From Gammaproteobacteria bacterium (GTDB lineage Bacteria; Pseudomonadota; Gammaproteobacteria; G965277405), in NCBI GenBank assembly GCA_965277405.1, contig OZ255726.1, positions 320,001-384,000 on the forward strand: DNA of 64,000 nucleotides, read 5' to 3'. Shown one piece after another: positions 11,243-23,851 of the stretch. A program made the translations under genes and the position numbers. Each line of letters starts with the position of its first letter. The first letter of the stretch is position 1. Under the pieces are notes generated by a model, which saw only the letters and a program-made list of their open reading frames with translations, was not told where the DNA came from and ran no database searches.

Positions 11243-12721
11243 ATGTGTGGGATTGCTGGACTATATGCTCCAAAAGGAGTTGCAGAACAACTCGTTGATG
11301 CGTTAACCATGCTCCAGCACCGCGGACAAGACGCCGCAGGTATTGCTACTATGAAGGAATATGTGTTTTCATACCGCAAGAAACGCGGTCTGGTGTGTAA
11401 TGTATTCCGTCAACCGCAGCACTTAAATGCGCTGCAAGGTAATTTTGGCATTGCTCACGTGCGCTACACGACCAGTGGCGATAACACAAATAATGAAACA
11501 CAGCCGTTTTATGTGAATTCCCCATACGGTATTACCCTCGTCCACAATGGCAACCTCACCAACAAAATAGATTTATTCCAACAGTTTATCAGCAAACGCC
11601 ATATTAACAGTAACTCAGATAGTGAACTTCTTTTGAATGTACTAGCAGAATCAATGCAACATAAGGTACAGAATAACCCGCAACCTGAGGATATCTTCGC
11701 GGCAGTCGCCCAAGTCCACAAACAATGCGAAGGTGCATTTAGCGTGGTAGCGATGATTGCCGGCCAAGGTATGCTAGTATTTCGAGACCAATATGGCATT
11801 CGCCCACTGGCGTGGGGTAGCCGTGAGATTGACGGCAAATCATCGTATTTATTCGCTTCTGAATCCACTGCATTATGTGCCTTGGGCTACACCCACCAAG
11901 GCGATGTTCCTGCTGGCGCTGCAATGTTTATCGACATGAACGGCACATTACACCGCAGGCAAATCATTGCGTGCGAAAAACATAGCCCCTGTGCGTTTGA
12001 ATATATTTATTTAGCGAAACCAGAGACAGTCATTGCCAACGTGTCTGTATACTCAGCGCGGCGCAATATGGGGATAGCATTAGGCAAACAAATAAAGAAA
12101 AAATTGGAGGTGGAACAAGAAGTTACCATTGATACAGTGATGCCTATTCCAGATACAAGCCGCGTCTCAGCGCTTGAAGTTGCCCGTGTCACCGGCATTC
12201 CATACAGCGAAGGACTGATAAAAAACCACTACATCGGTCGCACCTTCATCATGAATAAACAACGCGAACGCCTAGCGTCAATCCGTCGTAAATTTCAACC
12301 TGTGCATGAAGAGTTCCGTGGCAAATCAGTATTATTAGTTGATGACTCAATCGTGCGCGGCAACACCGCAAAAATTATCACCCAAATGGTCCGTGACGCT
12401 GGCGCAAAAAAAGTGTATATAGCATCTGCTGCACCGCGTATTCTGTATAGAAATATCTATGGCATCGACACCCCCAGCCAGAAAGAGCTGATTGCCTATA
12501 ATCAAAGTGTTCAGGATCAAAGTATTCAGCAATTTTGCCAGGACATTGGCTGCGATGGGTTGATTTTTCAAGAATTAGATGCACTCAAAGAAAGCATCCT
12601 CCAAGAGAACAGCGAACTCCATGAACTCGACTGTTCTGTATTTGACGGCAAATATGTGACAGGAGAGATTGATGAGGCAAAGCTCGATGAAATCGAAAAA
12701 TCTCGCTGTTCATTCAGATAA
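11243..12721 (+). CDS. purF: Amidophosphoribosyltransferase
   Basis: MCGIAG, LQHRGQDAAG, HVRYTT, VLLVDDSIVRG. Confidence 0.97.
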   Translation: MCGIAGLYAPKGVAEQLVDALTMLQHRGQDAAGIATMKEYVFSYRKKRGLVCNVFRQPQHLNALQGNFGIAHVRYTTSGDNTNNETQPFYVNSPYGITLVHNGNLTNKIDLFQQFISKRHINSNSDSELLLNVLAESMQHKVQNNPQPEDIFAAVAQVHKQCEGAFSVVAMIAGQGMLVFRDQYGIRPLAWGSREIDGKSSYLFASESTALCALGYTHQGDVPAGAAMFIDMNGTLHRRQIIACEKHSPCAFEYIYLAKPETVIANVSVYSARRNMGIALGKQIKKKLEVEQEVTIDTVMPIPDTSRVSALEVARVTGIPYSEGLIKNHYIGRTFIMNKQRERLASIRRKFQPVHEEFRGKSVLLVDDSIVRGNTAKIITQMVRDAGAKKVYIASAAPRILYRNIYGIDTPSQKELIAYNQSVQDQSIQQFCQDIGCDGLIFQELDALKESILQENSELHELDCSVFDGKYVTGEIDEAKLDEIEKSRCSFR

Positions 12722-12847
12722 TACCACAAAGTTGTGCCAGCTCTGAAATATTTACTGTCAGAGCCACCTAGCGTATGAACGTTGACGTTCCACCGTACAG
12801 CAGGCAATACCGCGGCACATACCTTCATTTAAGCTACAGAGAGAACC

Positions 12848-15484
12848 ATGTCAGACAACAGTTTTAATACTCGACAGAAGCTATCTATCGCTGATACACA
12901 ATATGAAATTTTTAATTTTTCATTGTTGCCACAAGCCAGCAAACTGCCGTTTTGCCTCAAAATATTATTAGAAAACCTGTTGCGCTACGAAGACGACCAC
13001 ACGGTTACCAAAGCAGATATACAACATTTATTAGCTTGGGATGCGTCAGCTCCAGCAACGTACGCCATTTCCTTTCGCCCAGCGCGGGTATTACTGCAAG
13101 ACTTCACAGGCGTGCCTGCCGTTGTAGATTTAGCCACTATGCGCGAAACGATGGAAGAACTCGGCGGTGACCCGAGCAAAATTCGTCCGCTACAGCCGGT
13201 TGAACTGGTGATCGATCACTCGGTGCAAGTTGATAATTTCGGCACAAGCTCTGCCCTCGATGAAAACAGCAAAATTGAATACCAACGCAATCAAGAACGC
13301 TATACTTTTTTAAAGTGGGGGCAAGAAGCACTTGATAATTTTGCTGTTGTGCCTCCAGGAAGCGGCATTGTCCATCAAATAAACCTCGAAAAACTGGCGC
13401 GTGTAGTCTTTAGCAACGACAGTCAACAAGCATATTTTGACACTGTCGTCGGCACTGATTCCCACACCACAATGGTCAATGGTCTTGGTGTGCTTGGCTG
13501 GGGAGTTGGTGGCATTGAGGCTGAAGCATCAATGTTGGGTCAGCCAATCTCGATGCTAATTCCTCGAGTTGTTGGCTTTGAAATCACAGGAAACATGCCA
13601 GAAGGTACAACAGCGACCGACTTGGTGTTAGTGATTGTCGAAATGCTGCGTAACCACGGCGTAGTCGGTAAATTTGTAGAATTCTACGGCAGCGGTATTG
13701 TCAACTTATCGCTTGCAGATCGCGCCACGATTGCCAATATGGCACCAGAATATGGTGCAACCTGTGGTTTATTTCCAATTGATGAAATCACCCTTGCATA
13801 TCTACGTTTAACCAATCGCAGCGAGGCACAAATTACGTTGATTGAGCAATATGCTCGCGCCACAAAAATCTTTAACCATGATTACAGCCAAACGCAGTTT
13901 AGTGAGCACTTATCCTTAAATATCTCAACTATCGTTCCATCAATCGCTGGACCAAAACGCCCACAAGACCGCATCGATCTTAGCAATTCGCAACAAGAAT
14001 TTCAAAAATATTTTACTGCACCTCTGCGCACAGTAGCAGTTACAATCGACGGTCAAGACTGCGCAATGACCGAAGGCGATGTGGTGATAGCCGCGATTAC
14101 ATCGTGCACCAACACCTCAAATCCAGCGGTATTAGTCGCTGCTGGCCTAGTTGCAAAAAAAGCGGTTCAACTCGGGCTACAACGCAAACCATGGGTAAAA
14201 ACATCACTCGCGCCAGGCTCACAAGTTGTTACAGCATACCTCCAGTCATCAGGACTACTGACATACCTTGAGCAATTGCAATTCAACGTTGCAGGTTACG
14301 GCTGTACCACCTGTATTGGTAATTCTGGTCCATTGCCAACACAGATTACCAACGCAATTGTTAACAACGACCTCACAGTTGCCGCTGTCTTATCTGGCAA
14401 CCGCAATTTTGAAGGACGTGTCCATCAGCATGTCAAAATGAACTACCTAGCATCACCACCGCTGGTGGTGATATACGCATTAGCTGGGACGATGAATATC
14501 GACTTAATGCAGCAACCACTTGGTAGCGACAGAGATGGCAACAATGTCTTTATGAAAGATATATGGCCAAACAACCACGAAATCAGCGCAGCACTGCAAG
14601 GCGTGCAACAATCTCAATTTGCGCATGTGTATGACAACGTGTTTGCAGGGGATGGGCGTTGGCAGTCAATCAAGGTTGCATCTGCAGGTAAGTTTGAATG
14701 GGACGAAAACTCTACATATGTGCGCAAGCCAAACTTTTTTGATGGGATTAGCGAAGCACGCCCTGCTATTGAAAACATTCAAGGTGCCCGCGCATTGGCG
14801 CTGCTTGGTGACTCCGTAACGACTGACCACATCTCGCCTGCTGGGAATATTCAAGCACAAAGCCCAGCTGGTAAATATTTGCAAGAAAAAGGTGCAGCAG
14901 CGAAAGACTTTAATTCGTATGGATCACGCCGTGGCAACCACGAAATAATGGTACGCGGTACATTCGCCAATATCCGCATTAAAAATCAGATGCTCGATGG
15001 TGTTGAAGGTGGCATGTCTGTCCACATTCCCAGCGGTGAGCAAATGACAATCTATGATGTCGCAATGAAATACCGCGCTAGCAACACCCCAGCAATCATT
15101 ATCGCCGGCAAAGAATATGGTACGGGGTCATCGCGTGACTGGGCGGCAAAAGGACCATATTTACTTGGTATTCAAGCAGTTATTGCTGAAAGCTTTGAGC
15201 GTATTCACCGCACCAACCTGGTCGGAATGGGAATATTACCGCTCGAATTCACCGGCGGCGCAACCGCAAAATCACTCGAGCTCACCGCGCATGAATCGTT
15301 TACTATTGCAGGCATTGACAACGGCACCAGCAAAACGGTACAAGTGACTGCGACAGCAGCCAACGGCAAACAAACCGTTTTTACAGCCAAAGTTCGCATC
15401 GATACTCCACAGGAAATCGACTATTTTCAAGACGGGGGCATCCTCCACTACGTGTTGAAGTCAATGCTCAAAAAAGCCGCCTAG
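12848..15484 (+). CDS. acnA: Aconitate hydratase A
   Basis: QDFTGVPAVVDLA, GTDSHTTM, AAITSCTN, GCTTCIGNSG, GSSRDWAAKG. Confidence 0.97.
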   Translation: MSDNSFNTRQKLSIADTQYEIFNFSLLPQASKLPFCLKILLENLLRYEDDHTVTKADIQHLLAWDASAPATYAISFRPARVLLQDFTGVPAVVDLATMRETMEELGGDPSKIRPLQPVELVIDHSVQVDNFGTSSALDENSKIEYQRNQERYTFLKWGQEALDNFAVVPPGSGIVHQINLEKLARVVFSNDSQQAYFDTVVGTDSHTTMVNGLGVLGWGVGGIEAEASMLGQPISMLIPRVVGFEITGNMPEGTTATDLVLVIVEMLRNHGVVGKFVEFYGSGIVNLSLADRATIANMAPEYGATCGLFPIDEITLAYLRLTNRSEAQITLIEQYARATKIFNHDYSQTQFSEHLSLNISTIVPSIAGPKRPQDRIDLSNSQQEFQKYFTAPLRTVAVTIDGQDCAMTEGDVVIAAITSCTNTSNPAVLVAAGLVAKKAVQLGLQRKPWVKTSLAPGSQVVTAYLQSSGLLTYLEQLQFNVAGYGCTTCIGNSGPLPTQITNAIVNNDLTVAAVLSGNRNFEGRVHQHVKMNYLASPPLVVIYALAGTMNIDLMQQPLGSDRDGNNVFMKDIWPNNHEISAALQGVQQSQFAHVYDNVFAGDGRWQSIKVASAGKFEWDENSTYVRKPNFFDGISEARPAIENIQGARALALLGDSVTTDHISPAGNIQAQSPAGKYLQEKGAAAKDFNSYGSRRGNHEIMVRGTFANIRIKNQMLDGVEGGMSVHIPSGEQMTIYDVAMKYRASNTPAIIIAGKEYGTGSSRDWAAKGPYLLGIQAVIAESFERIHRTNLVGMGILPLEFTGGATAKSLELTAHESFTIAGIDNGTSKTVQVTATAANGKQTVFTAKVRIDTPQEIDYFQDGGILHYVLKSMLKKAA

Positions 15485-15548
15485 CCGCGACAAGGTCTTG
15501 CTAGTACGGTTGGGAAATCCCACTAGTATCTGCTGGTAGCGGACCTTT

Positions 15549-17305
<1,757 letters not shown>

Positions 17306-17355
17306 CTATTCTAATATAATAGCAGTGATGATTGAGCTTTCGCTGTGTCAATTTT

Positions 17356-17439
17356 TGCAGTATTATGCAATGCAGTATTGTGCAGTATTGTGCAGTATTG
17401 TGCAGTATTGTGCAGTATTGTGCAGTATTGTGCAGTATT
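17356..17439. repeat. Tandem repeat (TGCAGTATTG), about 7 units plus one upstream variant
   Basis: Six perfect 10-mers at 17371-17430, one variant at 17431 and one at 17356, in the trxB/ftsK divergent region. Confidence 0.95.
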
Positions 17440-17571
17440 CATTTAATTTGCTCACTAACCACTGATACGAATAAAATACTGTACATTATCCGCTACAATA
17501 TATGAGCAGTATAGTATAACAATTCGATTCAATCACTCTAACATTTTTATTACTTGCAGCAGCGCTAACGC

Positions 17572-20079
17572 ATGAAAGTCACTCCAGCAGCATACGAGGC
17601 CATCGGCCTTATCTGTATTCTTGTCGCCGTTTGTATTACCCTTACATTATTTAGCTATAACCCAACTGATACCCACCAAATTGCCGCGGTGAATCCGTTT
17701 AGAGTTAAGCTTGCGGAAAACACCCACAATGTTATGGGAGCATTTGGTGCACATATTGCCAATGCTCTGTTTCTGTTAGTTGGGTATTTAGCATATATGT
17801 TGCCGTGTGTGCTTGGTCTGCTGGGGGTGATGACTTTTTCCCACAAACGCTTTGCAATTACTACGTCGCCATTTAGTTGGTTAAGCTACCTTGGCTATCT
17901 GCTTTTTATCATCAGTTCGTCGGGCCTGCTCGGCATACATGTTGTTAATTTGCAACATTTACCCTTAACCAGCGGTGGCATTATCGGTGCGACAGTTAGC
18001 GAGTTGACATTGCCAGTGCTGGGCTTGATGGGGACAACCATCATCTTTTTGGGATTGTGCATCATCAGCATTGGCTTGCTTAGCAATCACTCATGGCTTC
18101 ATTGGGCTGAAGCGCTTGGGAATTGGCTGCTACGGGCAACTAATGCATTTAATAATATCAAAACAGCCGTAAATTTGCTAGCCAACAAGCGCAACAGAAA
18201 ACATCCAAACAAGCGTGTTGCAGCAAGCCAACACAATACGCAACAACCAAACACGCGGACAAATCCTGCTATTCCATTGGTTGCAGCGCGGCCAACGCTA
18301 ACAACACAACAAGCTGCTCCATCTCCATCGACCTCTGCTGCCAAGCTAGCTGATGCTACGTTTACTGGCAGCAATGCAGTTGCAAGCAGCTCAGTTGAAA
18401 ACGATAGCATGACTGCTGATTGGGATGATAGCCCAATGAGCAATACAGCATTGCCACCACTGACATCTGAAAGAAACACAACTGTCCAACAAGATCAACC
18501 GCGGCAGCAACAAAATGTCAAACAACAACCACAGCAAGATGCAACATCAACCCCAGCACAACTCCCTGCTGGCCATGTATATGTCGACACCAAGCTGGTT
18601 GCATATACGTTTCCAGCAATACAGGCATTGGTTGCGGATGAAGGCAATTCCATAGAACAAACACCTGAAGAATTGAATGCCATCGGTCGCTTGCTGGAAC
18701 AAAAACTCCTTGATTTTGGTGTTGCTGCAAAAGTCGTTGACTGGAGTCCAGGACCCGTGATTACCCGCTATGAGCTGCAACCCGCCCCAGGCACCAAAGC
18801 GATCAAAATAACCAATCTTGCCCGTGACCTGGCCCGCTCACTTGCGGTGATGAGTGTGCGTGTCGTCGAGGTGATTCCTGGGCGGTCTACTGTTGGCGTT
18901 GAAATCCCCAACAAGCACAGAAAAATAGTGCGTTTGCATAGCGTACTCGACGATGATGTGTTTGCCAAAGGTGAGCATAAGCTGCCGCTGGCGCTTGGTC
19001 ATGATATTGAAGGGAAGGCAGTGATTGGCGACCTTGCCAAAATGCCGCATTTACTCGCTGCAGGGACCACAGGATCAGGAAAATCTGTCGGGATTAACGC
19101 GATGCTCGTCAGCCTGTTATATCGACGAACACCGCAGGAATTGCGGCTGCTGATGGTAGACCCTAAAATGTTAGAACTCGCAGTGTATAACGGTATTCCA
19201 CATTTGTTGACCCCAGTCATTACCGACATGAAAGACGCTGCCAACGGCTTGCGCTGGTGCGTAGCTGAAATGGAGCGCCGCTACAAACTCATGTCACATT
19301 TGGGTGTGCGCAACATAGAAGGGTTTAACATAAAAGTCGATGCTGCCGCGCCAACAGGCGGTATTACTGATCCGTTATATAAGAAAGAAATCACCCCGCC
19401 TAAACTCAAACGCCTACCATTTATCGTCGTCGTTATCGATGAATTTGCCGATATGATGATTGTCACCGATAAAAAGAAAGTCGAAGAATTGATATCAAGA
19501 ATTGCACAAAAGGCGCGCGCCGCAGGAATTCATCTTATTTTGGCAACCCAGCGGCCGTCGGTTGATGTGATCACAGGGTTGATTAAAGCCAATATACCAT
19601 CACGGATTGCGTATCAAGTATCGTCAAAAATCGATTCGCGGACTATTCTCGATCAAAACGGTGCCGAGCAACTGTTAGGTCATGGCGACATGTTGTATTT
19701 TCCATCTGGCGCGAACACCCCAAGCCGTGTCCATGGTGCGTTTGTGAGTGATGATGAAGTCCATGCAGTTGTCGAAAACTGGCGCCATCAAGGTGTCCCC
19801 GAGTATGTGTCTAATATCATTTCAGATACCGCCGCCGCGGCAACGAGCGACAAACAAGCTATTGACGACCAAGCAAGCGAAGAGAATGGAGATGGAGCAT
19901 TGTACCAAGAAATTGCTGATTTTATTGTGCAAGGACAGCGCGTATCGATTTCCCTCATCCAACGCAAATTCAATATTGGCTATAACCGCTCTGCACGGAT
20001 TATAGAACAACTAGAAGAAAACGGCATCGTTGGACCAATGGGAAGCAACAGTAAACGTGAAATTTTAATAAAAAAATAG
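17572..20079 (+). CDS. ftsK: DNA translocase FtsK
   Basis: N-terminal TMs, Q/P-rich linker, AGTTGSGKS, IDEFAD, LATQRPSVDV, gamma domain IGYNRSAR. Confidence 0.97.
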   Translation: MKVTPAAYEAIGLICILVAVCITLTLFSYNPTDTHQIAAVNPFRVKLAENTHNVMGAFGAHIANALFLLVGYLAYMLPCVLGLLGVMTFSHKRFAITTSPFSWLSYLGYLLFIISSSGLLGIHVVNLQHLPLTSGGIIGATVSELTLPVLGLMGTTIIFLGLCIISIGLLSNHSWLHWAEALGNWLLRATNAFNNIKTAVNLLANKRNRKHPNKRVAASQHNTQQPNTRTNPAIPLVAARPTLTTQQAAPSPSTSAAKLADATFTGSNAVASSSVENDSMTADWDDSPMSNTALPPLTSERNTTVQQDQPRQQQNVKQQPQQDATSTPAQLPAGHVYVDTKLVAYTFPAIQALVADEGNSIEQTPEELNAIGRLLEQKLLDFGVAAKVVDWSPGPVITRYELQPAPGTKAIKITNLARDLARSLAVMSVRVVEVIPGRSTVGVEIPNKHRKIVRLHSVLDDDVFAKGEHKLPLALGHDIEGKAVIGDLAKMPHLLAAGTTGSGKSVGINAMLVSLLYRRTPQELRLLMVDPKMLELAVYNGIPHLLTPVITDMKDAANGLRWCVAEMERRYKLMSHLGVRNIEGFNIKVDAAAPTGGITDPLYKKEITPPKLKRLPFIVVVIDEFADMMIVTDKKKVEELISRIAQKARAAGIHLILATQRPSVDVITGLIKANIPSRIAYQVSSKIDSRTILDQNGAEQLLGHGDMLYFPSGANTPSRVHGAFVSDDEVHAVVENWRHQGVPEYVSNIISDTAAAATSDKQAIDDQASEENGDGALYQEIADFIVQGQRVSISLIQRKFNIGYNRSARIIEQLEENGIVGPMGSNSKREILIKK

Positions 20080-20105
20080 AACTACCTTATATCGCTTGAA
20101 TGCGA

Positions 20106-20948
20106 TTAGCCAACATAGCGAGCGCTGGTTACGCGCTGATGACCTGCCGGGTCACAATCACTGCGAATATTGACATATCCATATTCTTGCAGCAACGCTT
20201 GTACTGCGCTTGCTTGGGTAAATCCATGTTCTAAACACAATAAACCGTCTGCATGCAAATACTGTTTGGCTGCGCGAATAATATGCGCGAGTGCTGCAAG
20301 ACCGTTGTCAGCTGCGAACAATGCCAGATGCGGTTCGTGGGCGACAACGCTTGCTTGTAGCTGCGTATCATCATAGCCAATGTATGGTGGATTGGCGACA
20401 ATCACATTATATCGAGCGGTAATAGCCGCAAACCAATCAGACCTAATTATTGCAATATTGAGGGAGTGCTTGGCAAAATTACGCCTAGCAACCACTAATG
20501 CAGCAGCACTGATATCGCAAGCACTTACCTGCCATGCTGGTTGGCATGCTGCAATTGCCGCGGCAATTGCCCCTGAACCCGTGCCCATATCTAGTACCGC
20601 AGCGTTGGCTGATTGGCATCGAACGCAAGCAGTATCTACCAGCGTTTTGCTATCTTCGCGCGGAATCAATACCGCTGCATCAACCTCAAATTCCAACCCA
20701 CAGAACTGGATATGACCAATGATATACGCCAATGGCTCGCCTGCGCTACAGCGGGCGATGCCATTGTTGAGTGTGTCAATTTGCGCTGTTGTCAATTGCT
20801 CGTCATCATGGGCAAGCAGCCATGTTTTTTCACAATCAAGTAACTGGGAAAAAAGCGCTACCATCCGCGCAGCAAGGTGCGGGTATGCGTGTTTGTAGTG
20901 CTGCATGCGTGTGCGAATATTCAAGGAAGCTCTGATTAGATTGGGCAT
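20106..20948 (-). CDS. prmC: Release factor glutamine methyltransferase (start uncertain; ATG at 20906 possible)
   Basis: GEPLAYI.G, VLIPR, DMGTGSG, NPPY, EHG..Q. Confidence 0.9.
   Translation of the reverse strand: MPNLIRASLNIRTRMQHYKHAYPHLAARMVALFSQLLDCEKTWLLAHDDEQLTTAQIDTLNNGIARCSAGEPLAYIIGHIQFCGLEFEVDAAVLIPREDSKTLVDTACVRCQSANAAVLDMGTGSGAIAAAIAACQPAWQVSACDISAAALVVARRNFAKHSLNIAIIRSDWFAAITARYNVIVANPPYIGYDDTQLQASVVAHEPHLALFAADNGLAALAHIIRAAKQYLHADGLLCLEHGFTQASAVQALLQEYGYVNIRSDCDPAGHQRVTSARYVG
20925..20938. repeat. Solo MITE terminal repeat remnant
   Basis: GGAAGCTCTGATTA, identical to the element terminus. Confidence 0.6.
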
Positions 20949-21050
20949 AACTGACTAGTAAATACTACTCTGCTAATCTGCAATGAAAAGGGTTTGACAT
21001 TTATACCCTCTGGCGCAAGATTTCATAACAACTATTTTGGGATATGAATT

Positions 21051-22496
21051 ATGACTGATTACAATAAATACAAAATTGATGCAAACTTCATTGGCGGCGA
21101 ATGGAAGACCACTACAGGTAAATCGATTACTGTCACCAATCCTGCAACAGGCGATATTCTTGGTTGCGTTCCAGATTTCGGCGTAACAGAAACACAGGCG
21201 GCAATAACTGCTGCGCACCAAGCATTCCCCACATTTGCTGCATTAAGTACTGGCGAAAGAGTCGGGCTGCTGCGTAAGCTCCACGATGCCTTAATGGATA
21301 ATAAAGATGCGCTTGCTGCACTACTCACAGCTGAACAAGGCAAGCCGCTGAGCGAAGCTGCTGGAGAAATTACTATCGGCGCAGCATATATTTTATGGTT
21401 TGCAGAAGAAGTTCGTCGCGCCAAAGGCAGTATTATTCCTGCTCCTGTAAATGGTAGAAAGCTCTTCGTCACCCATCACCCAGTTGGTGTTGTCGCAGCG
21501 ATTACTCCATGGAATTTTCCATCTTCAATGCTCGCACGCAAACTTGGTCCAGCGCTTGCCGCAGGCTGCACAACGGTGGTTAAGCCAGCGTCACAAACGC
21601 CATATTCTGCCTTGGCATGGGGTAAACTCGCAGAAGAAGTTGGCTTCCCTGCGGGGGTCATCAATATTGTCACAGGTGCGGCAAGCGTAATAGCCAGCAC
21701 GATTATGGCCGATAAACGTGTGCGTAAAATGACGTTTACCGGGTCAACAGCAGTTGGCAAAATATTGATTAGGCAATCAGCAGATACCGTAAAAAAAATA
21801 TCGATGGAACTTGGCGGCAATGCGCCATTTATCGTTTTTAACGACGCTGATATTGATGCAGCTGTTGCTGGGGCAATGATTGCAAAATACCGCAATTCAG
21901 GACAAACCTGTGTCTGCGCCAATCGTTTTTTTGTTGAATCAGGCGTGCACGATAGCTTTGTCGAAAAACTCACCGCAGCTACGCAGAACCTCCACGTTGG
22001 AGACGGTATGACCCCAGGTGTTGAACAAGGACCACTTATCGATAGCAACAGCTTTGATAAAGTATCCTCCATCGTTGCCGATGCCACAGCCAAAGGTGCA
22101 ACCGTAACAACAGGTGGTGCAGCGCATCAGCTTGGTGGCACTTGGTATCAACCGACTGTGTTGGTCAACGCCAACGCAACCATGGCTGTCGCTCAACAAG
22201 AAATATTTGGACCTGTTGCCGCTGTGTTTACATTCACCTCAGAAGAAGAAGTCATCGTTGCGGCTAACAATACAGAGTTTGGCTTAGCAGCGTATATCTA
22301 TACCAACGATCTTGCTCGTGCTTTTAGAATGAATGACCAATTGCAATATGGGTTAATTGGGATCAATGAAGGTCTCATCACCACCGTTGAAGCTCCATTT
22401 GGTGGCTTGAAAGAAAGTGGGCTAGGCAAAGAAGGCGGTTGTGAAGGTTTAGCAGATTATTTTGATACCAAATATGTCTGTATCGGTGGGATATAG
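21051..22496 (+). CDS. gabD: NAD(P)-dependent succinate-semialdehyde dehydrogenase
   Basis: ITPWNFP, FTGST, ELGGNAPF, GQTCVCANR, EIFGPV, APFGG.KESG. Confidence 0.9.
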   Translation: MTDYNKYKIDANFIGGEWKTTTGKSITVTNPATGDILGCVPDFGVTETQAAITAAHQAFPTFAALSTGERVGLLRKLHDALMDNKDALAALLTAEQGKPLSEAAGEITIGAAYILWFAEEVRRAKGSIIPAPVNGRKLFVTHHPVGVVAAITPWNFPSSMLARKLGPALAAGCTTVVKPASQTPYSALAWGKLAEEVGFPAGVINIVTGAASVIASTIMADKRVRKMTFTGSTAVGKILIRQSADTVKKISMELGGNAPFIVFNDADIDAAVAGAMIAKYRNSGQTCVCANRFFVESGVHDSFVEKLTAATQNLHVGDGMTPGVEQGPLIDSNSFDKVSSIVADATAKGATVTTGGAAHQLGGTWYQPTVLVNANATMAVAQQEIFGPVAAVFTFTSEEEVIVAANNTEFGLAAYIYTNDLARAFRMNDQLQYGLIGINEGLITTVEAPFGGLKESGLGKEGGCEGLADYFDTKYVCIGGI

Positions 22497-22514
22497 GCAA
22501 GCTCTGATTAAGTC
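22496..22514. repeat. Solo MITE terminal repeat remnant after the gabD stop
   Basis: GGCAAGCTCTGATTAAGTC. Confidence 0.65.
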
Positions 22515-22582
22515 AAGGCTTGCAAATTTTACTGTGGGCTGTAATCCACCAAATGAATATGATGTGAGCGTTGCTTGTGGCG

Positions 22583-23848
22583 TTATTGTAGCTTGGCAGA
22601 TTGTTCGCGCAGCCAGTCGAGGCGTTTTTTGATGTTGGCTTCAAGCCCATGCTCGGTTGGCTGGTACAATTCAATTGGGTCGACTCCATCAGGAAAGTAG
22701 TTTTCACCATGGGCAACCGCATCAGGTTCGTCGTGGGCATAGCGGTAGTTTTTGCCGTAATCAAGCGACTCCATCAGTTTGGTAGGCGCGTTGCGCAAGT
22801 GCAGCGGAACGGGGTATGATGGCGAACTGCGCACCAGTTTCATTGCGGCGTTAAATGCTGTGTACACAGCATTGCTTTTGGGTACACAGGCAATGTAGAT
22901 CACGGCGTGGGCGATTGCTAATTCACCTTCTGGACTGCCGAGGCGCTGATAGGTAGCAGCGGCGTTAATACACAGTCCCAACGCTTTGGGGTCAGCGTTG
23001 CCAATGTCTTCGCTGGCGATGCGCAGCACTCTGCGGATGATATACAACGGGTCGCAACCACCATCAATCATTCTGCACAGCCAATATAACGCGGCATCGG
23101 GGTTTGAACCGCGCACTGATTTATGCAGTGCGGAAATCGCGTTATAAAAATCTTCGCCGTGGTTGTCGAATCGCCGCATTGCATCGCCAATTGCGTGTTG
23201 CATATCAGCATCAGTGATGCTGTGCATATCTCCACGGCGAGCATTTAGGCTAATCTCAAGGGTATTCAATAGCCGGCGCGCATCGCCGTCGGCATGCGCA
23301 ATCAGCATTTTGCGTGCAGTGTCGCTGATGGCTATATGTTGCAGCGACGCTGCGATAACAGCGTTATTTAACACTTTATCAAGTTCACCATCGCTGAGTG
23401 ATTGCAACACATATACTTGCATACGAGATAACAACGCATTGTTGAGCGCGAATGATGGGTTTTCAGTTGTTGCGCCAATCAAGGTAAATAGCCCGTTTTC
23501 AACGTGCGGCAGCAATGCGTCTTGCTGGCCTTTGTGAAAGCGGTGAATTTCGTCGATAAACACGATATTGACAGGGTACATTTTTGCAGCAGCAACGATT
23601 TTGCGAATATCACTCACCCCAGTATTGACCGCAGAAATAGTAAATATATTCGCTGCATGCGCCGCGGCAATCGCCAAGGCAATTGTTGTTTTCCCTACCC
23701 CTGGTGGACCCCATAAAATAATAGAATGGAGCGTGTGAGCACTGAGCACTTCATACAGCGGCATCCCTGCTTGCAATAAATGTGTTTGCCCAATAATTTC
23801 TACAAGCTTGCTTGGGCGTATTTTGCTGGCTAGCGGTTGTTGCCCCAT
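22583..23848 (-). CDS. rarA: Replication-associated recombination protein A (MgsA)
   Basis: PLA..RP, WGPPGVGKTT, DEIHRF, ATTENPSF, SALHKSVRGS, ASEDIG. Confidence 0.95.
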   Translation of the reverse strand: MGQQPLASKIRPSKLVEIIGQTHLLQAGMPLYEVLSAHTLHSIILWGPPGVGKTTIALAIAAAHAANIFTISAVNTGVSDIRKIVAAAKMYPVNIVFIDEIHRFHKGQQDALLPHVENGLFTLIGATTENPSFALNNALLSRMQVYVLQSLSDGELDKVLNNAVIAASLQHIAISDTARKMLIAHADGDARRLLNTLEISLNARRGDMHSITDADMQHAIGDAMRRFDNHGEDFYNAISALHKSVRGSNPDAALYWLCRMIDGGCDPLYIIRRVLRIASEDIGNADPKALGLCINAAATYQRLGSPEGELAIAHAVIYIACVPKSNAVYTAFNAAMKLVRSSPSYPVPLHLRNAPTKLMESLDYGKNYRYAHDEPDAVAHGENYFPDGVDPIELYQPTEHGLEANIKKRLDWLREQSAKLQ

Positions 23849-23851
23849 GGG

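Noticed and set aside
15485-15548. Hairpin between acnA and the Nif3-like gene as a terminator
   Set aside because: Imperfect stem and weak U tracts; not supportable.
17356-17439. Tandem repeats here and at 6731-6794 as CRISPR arrays
   Set aside because: Units are 8-10 bp with no spacers, and no cas genes are present.
17460-17520. LexA box upstream of ftsK
   Set aside because: I found no CTGT-N8-ACAG match.
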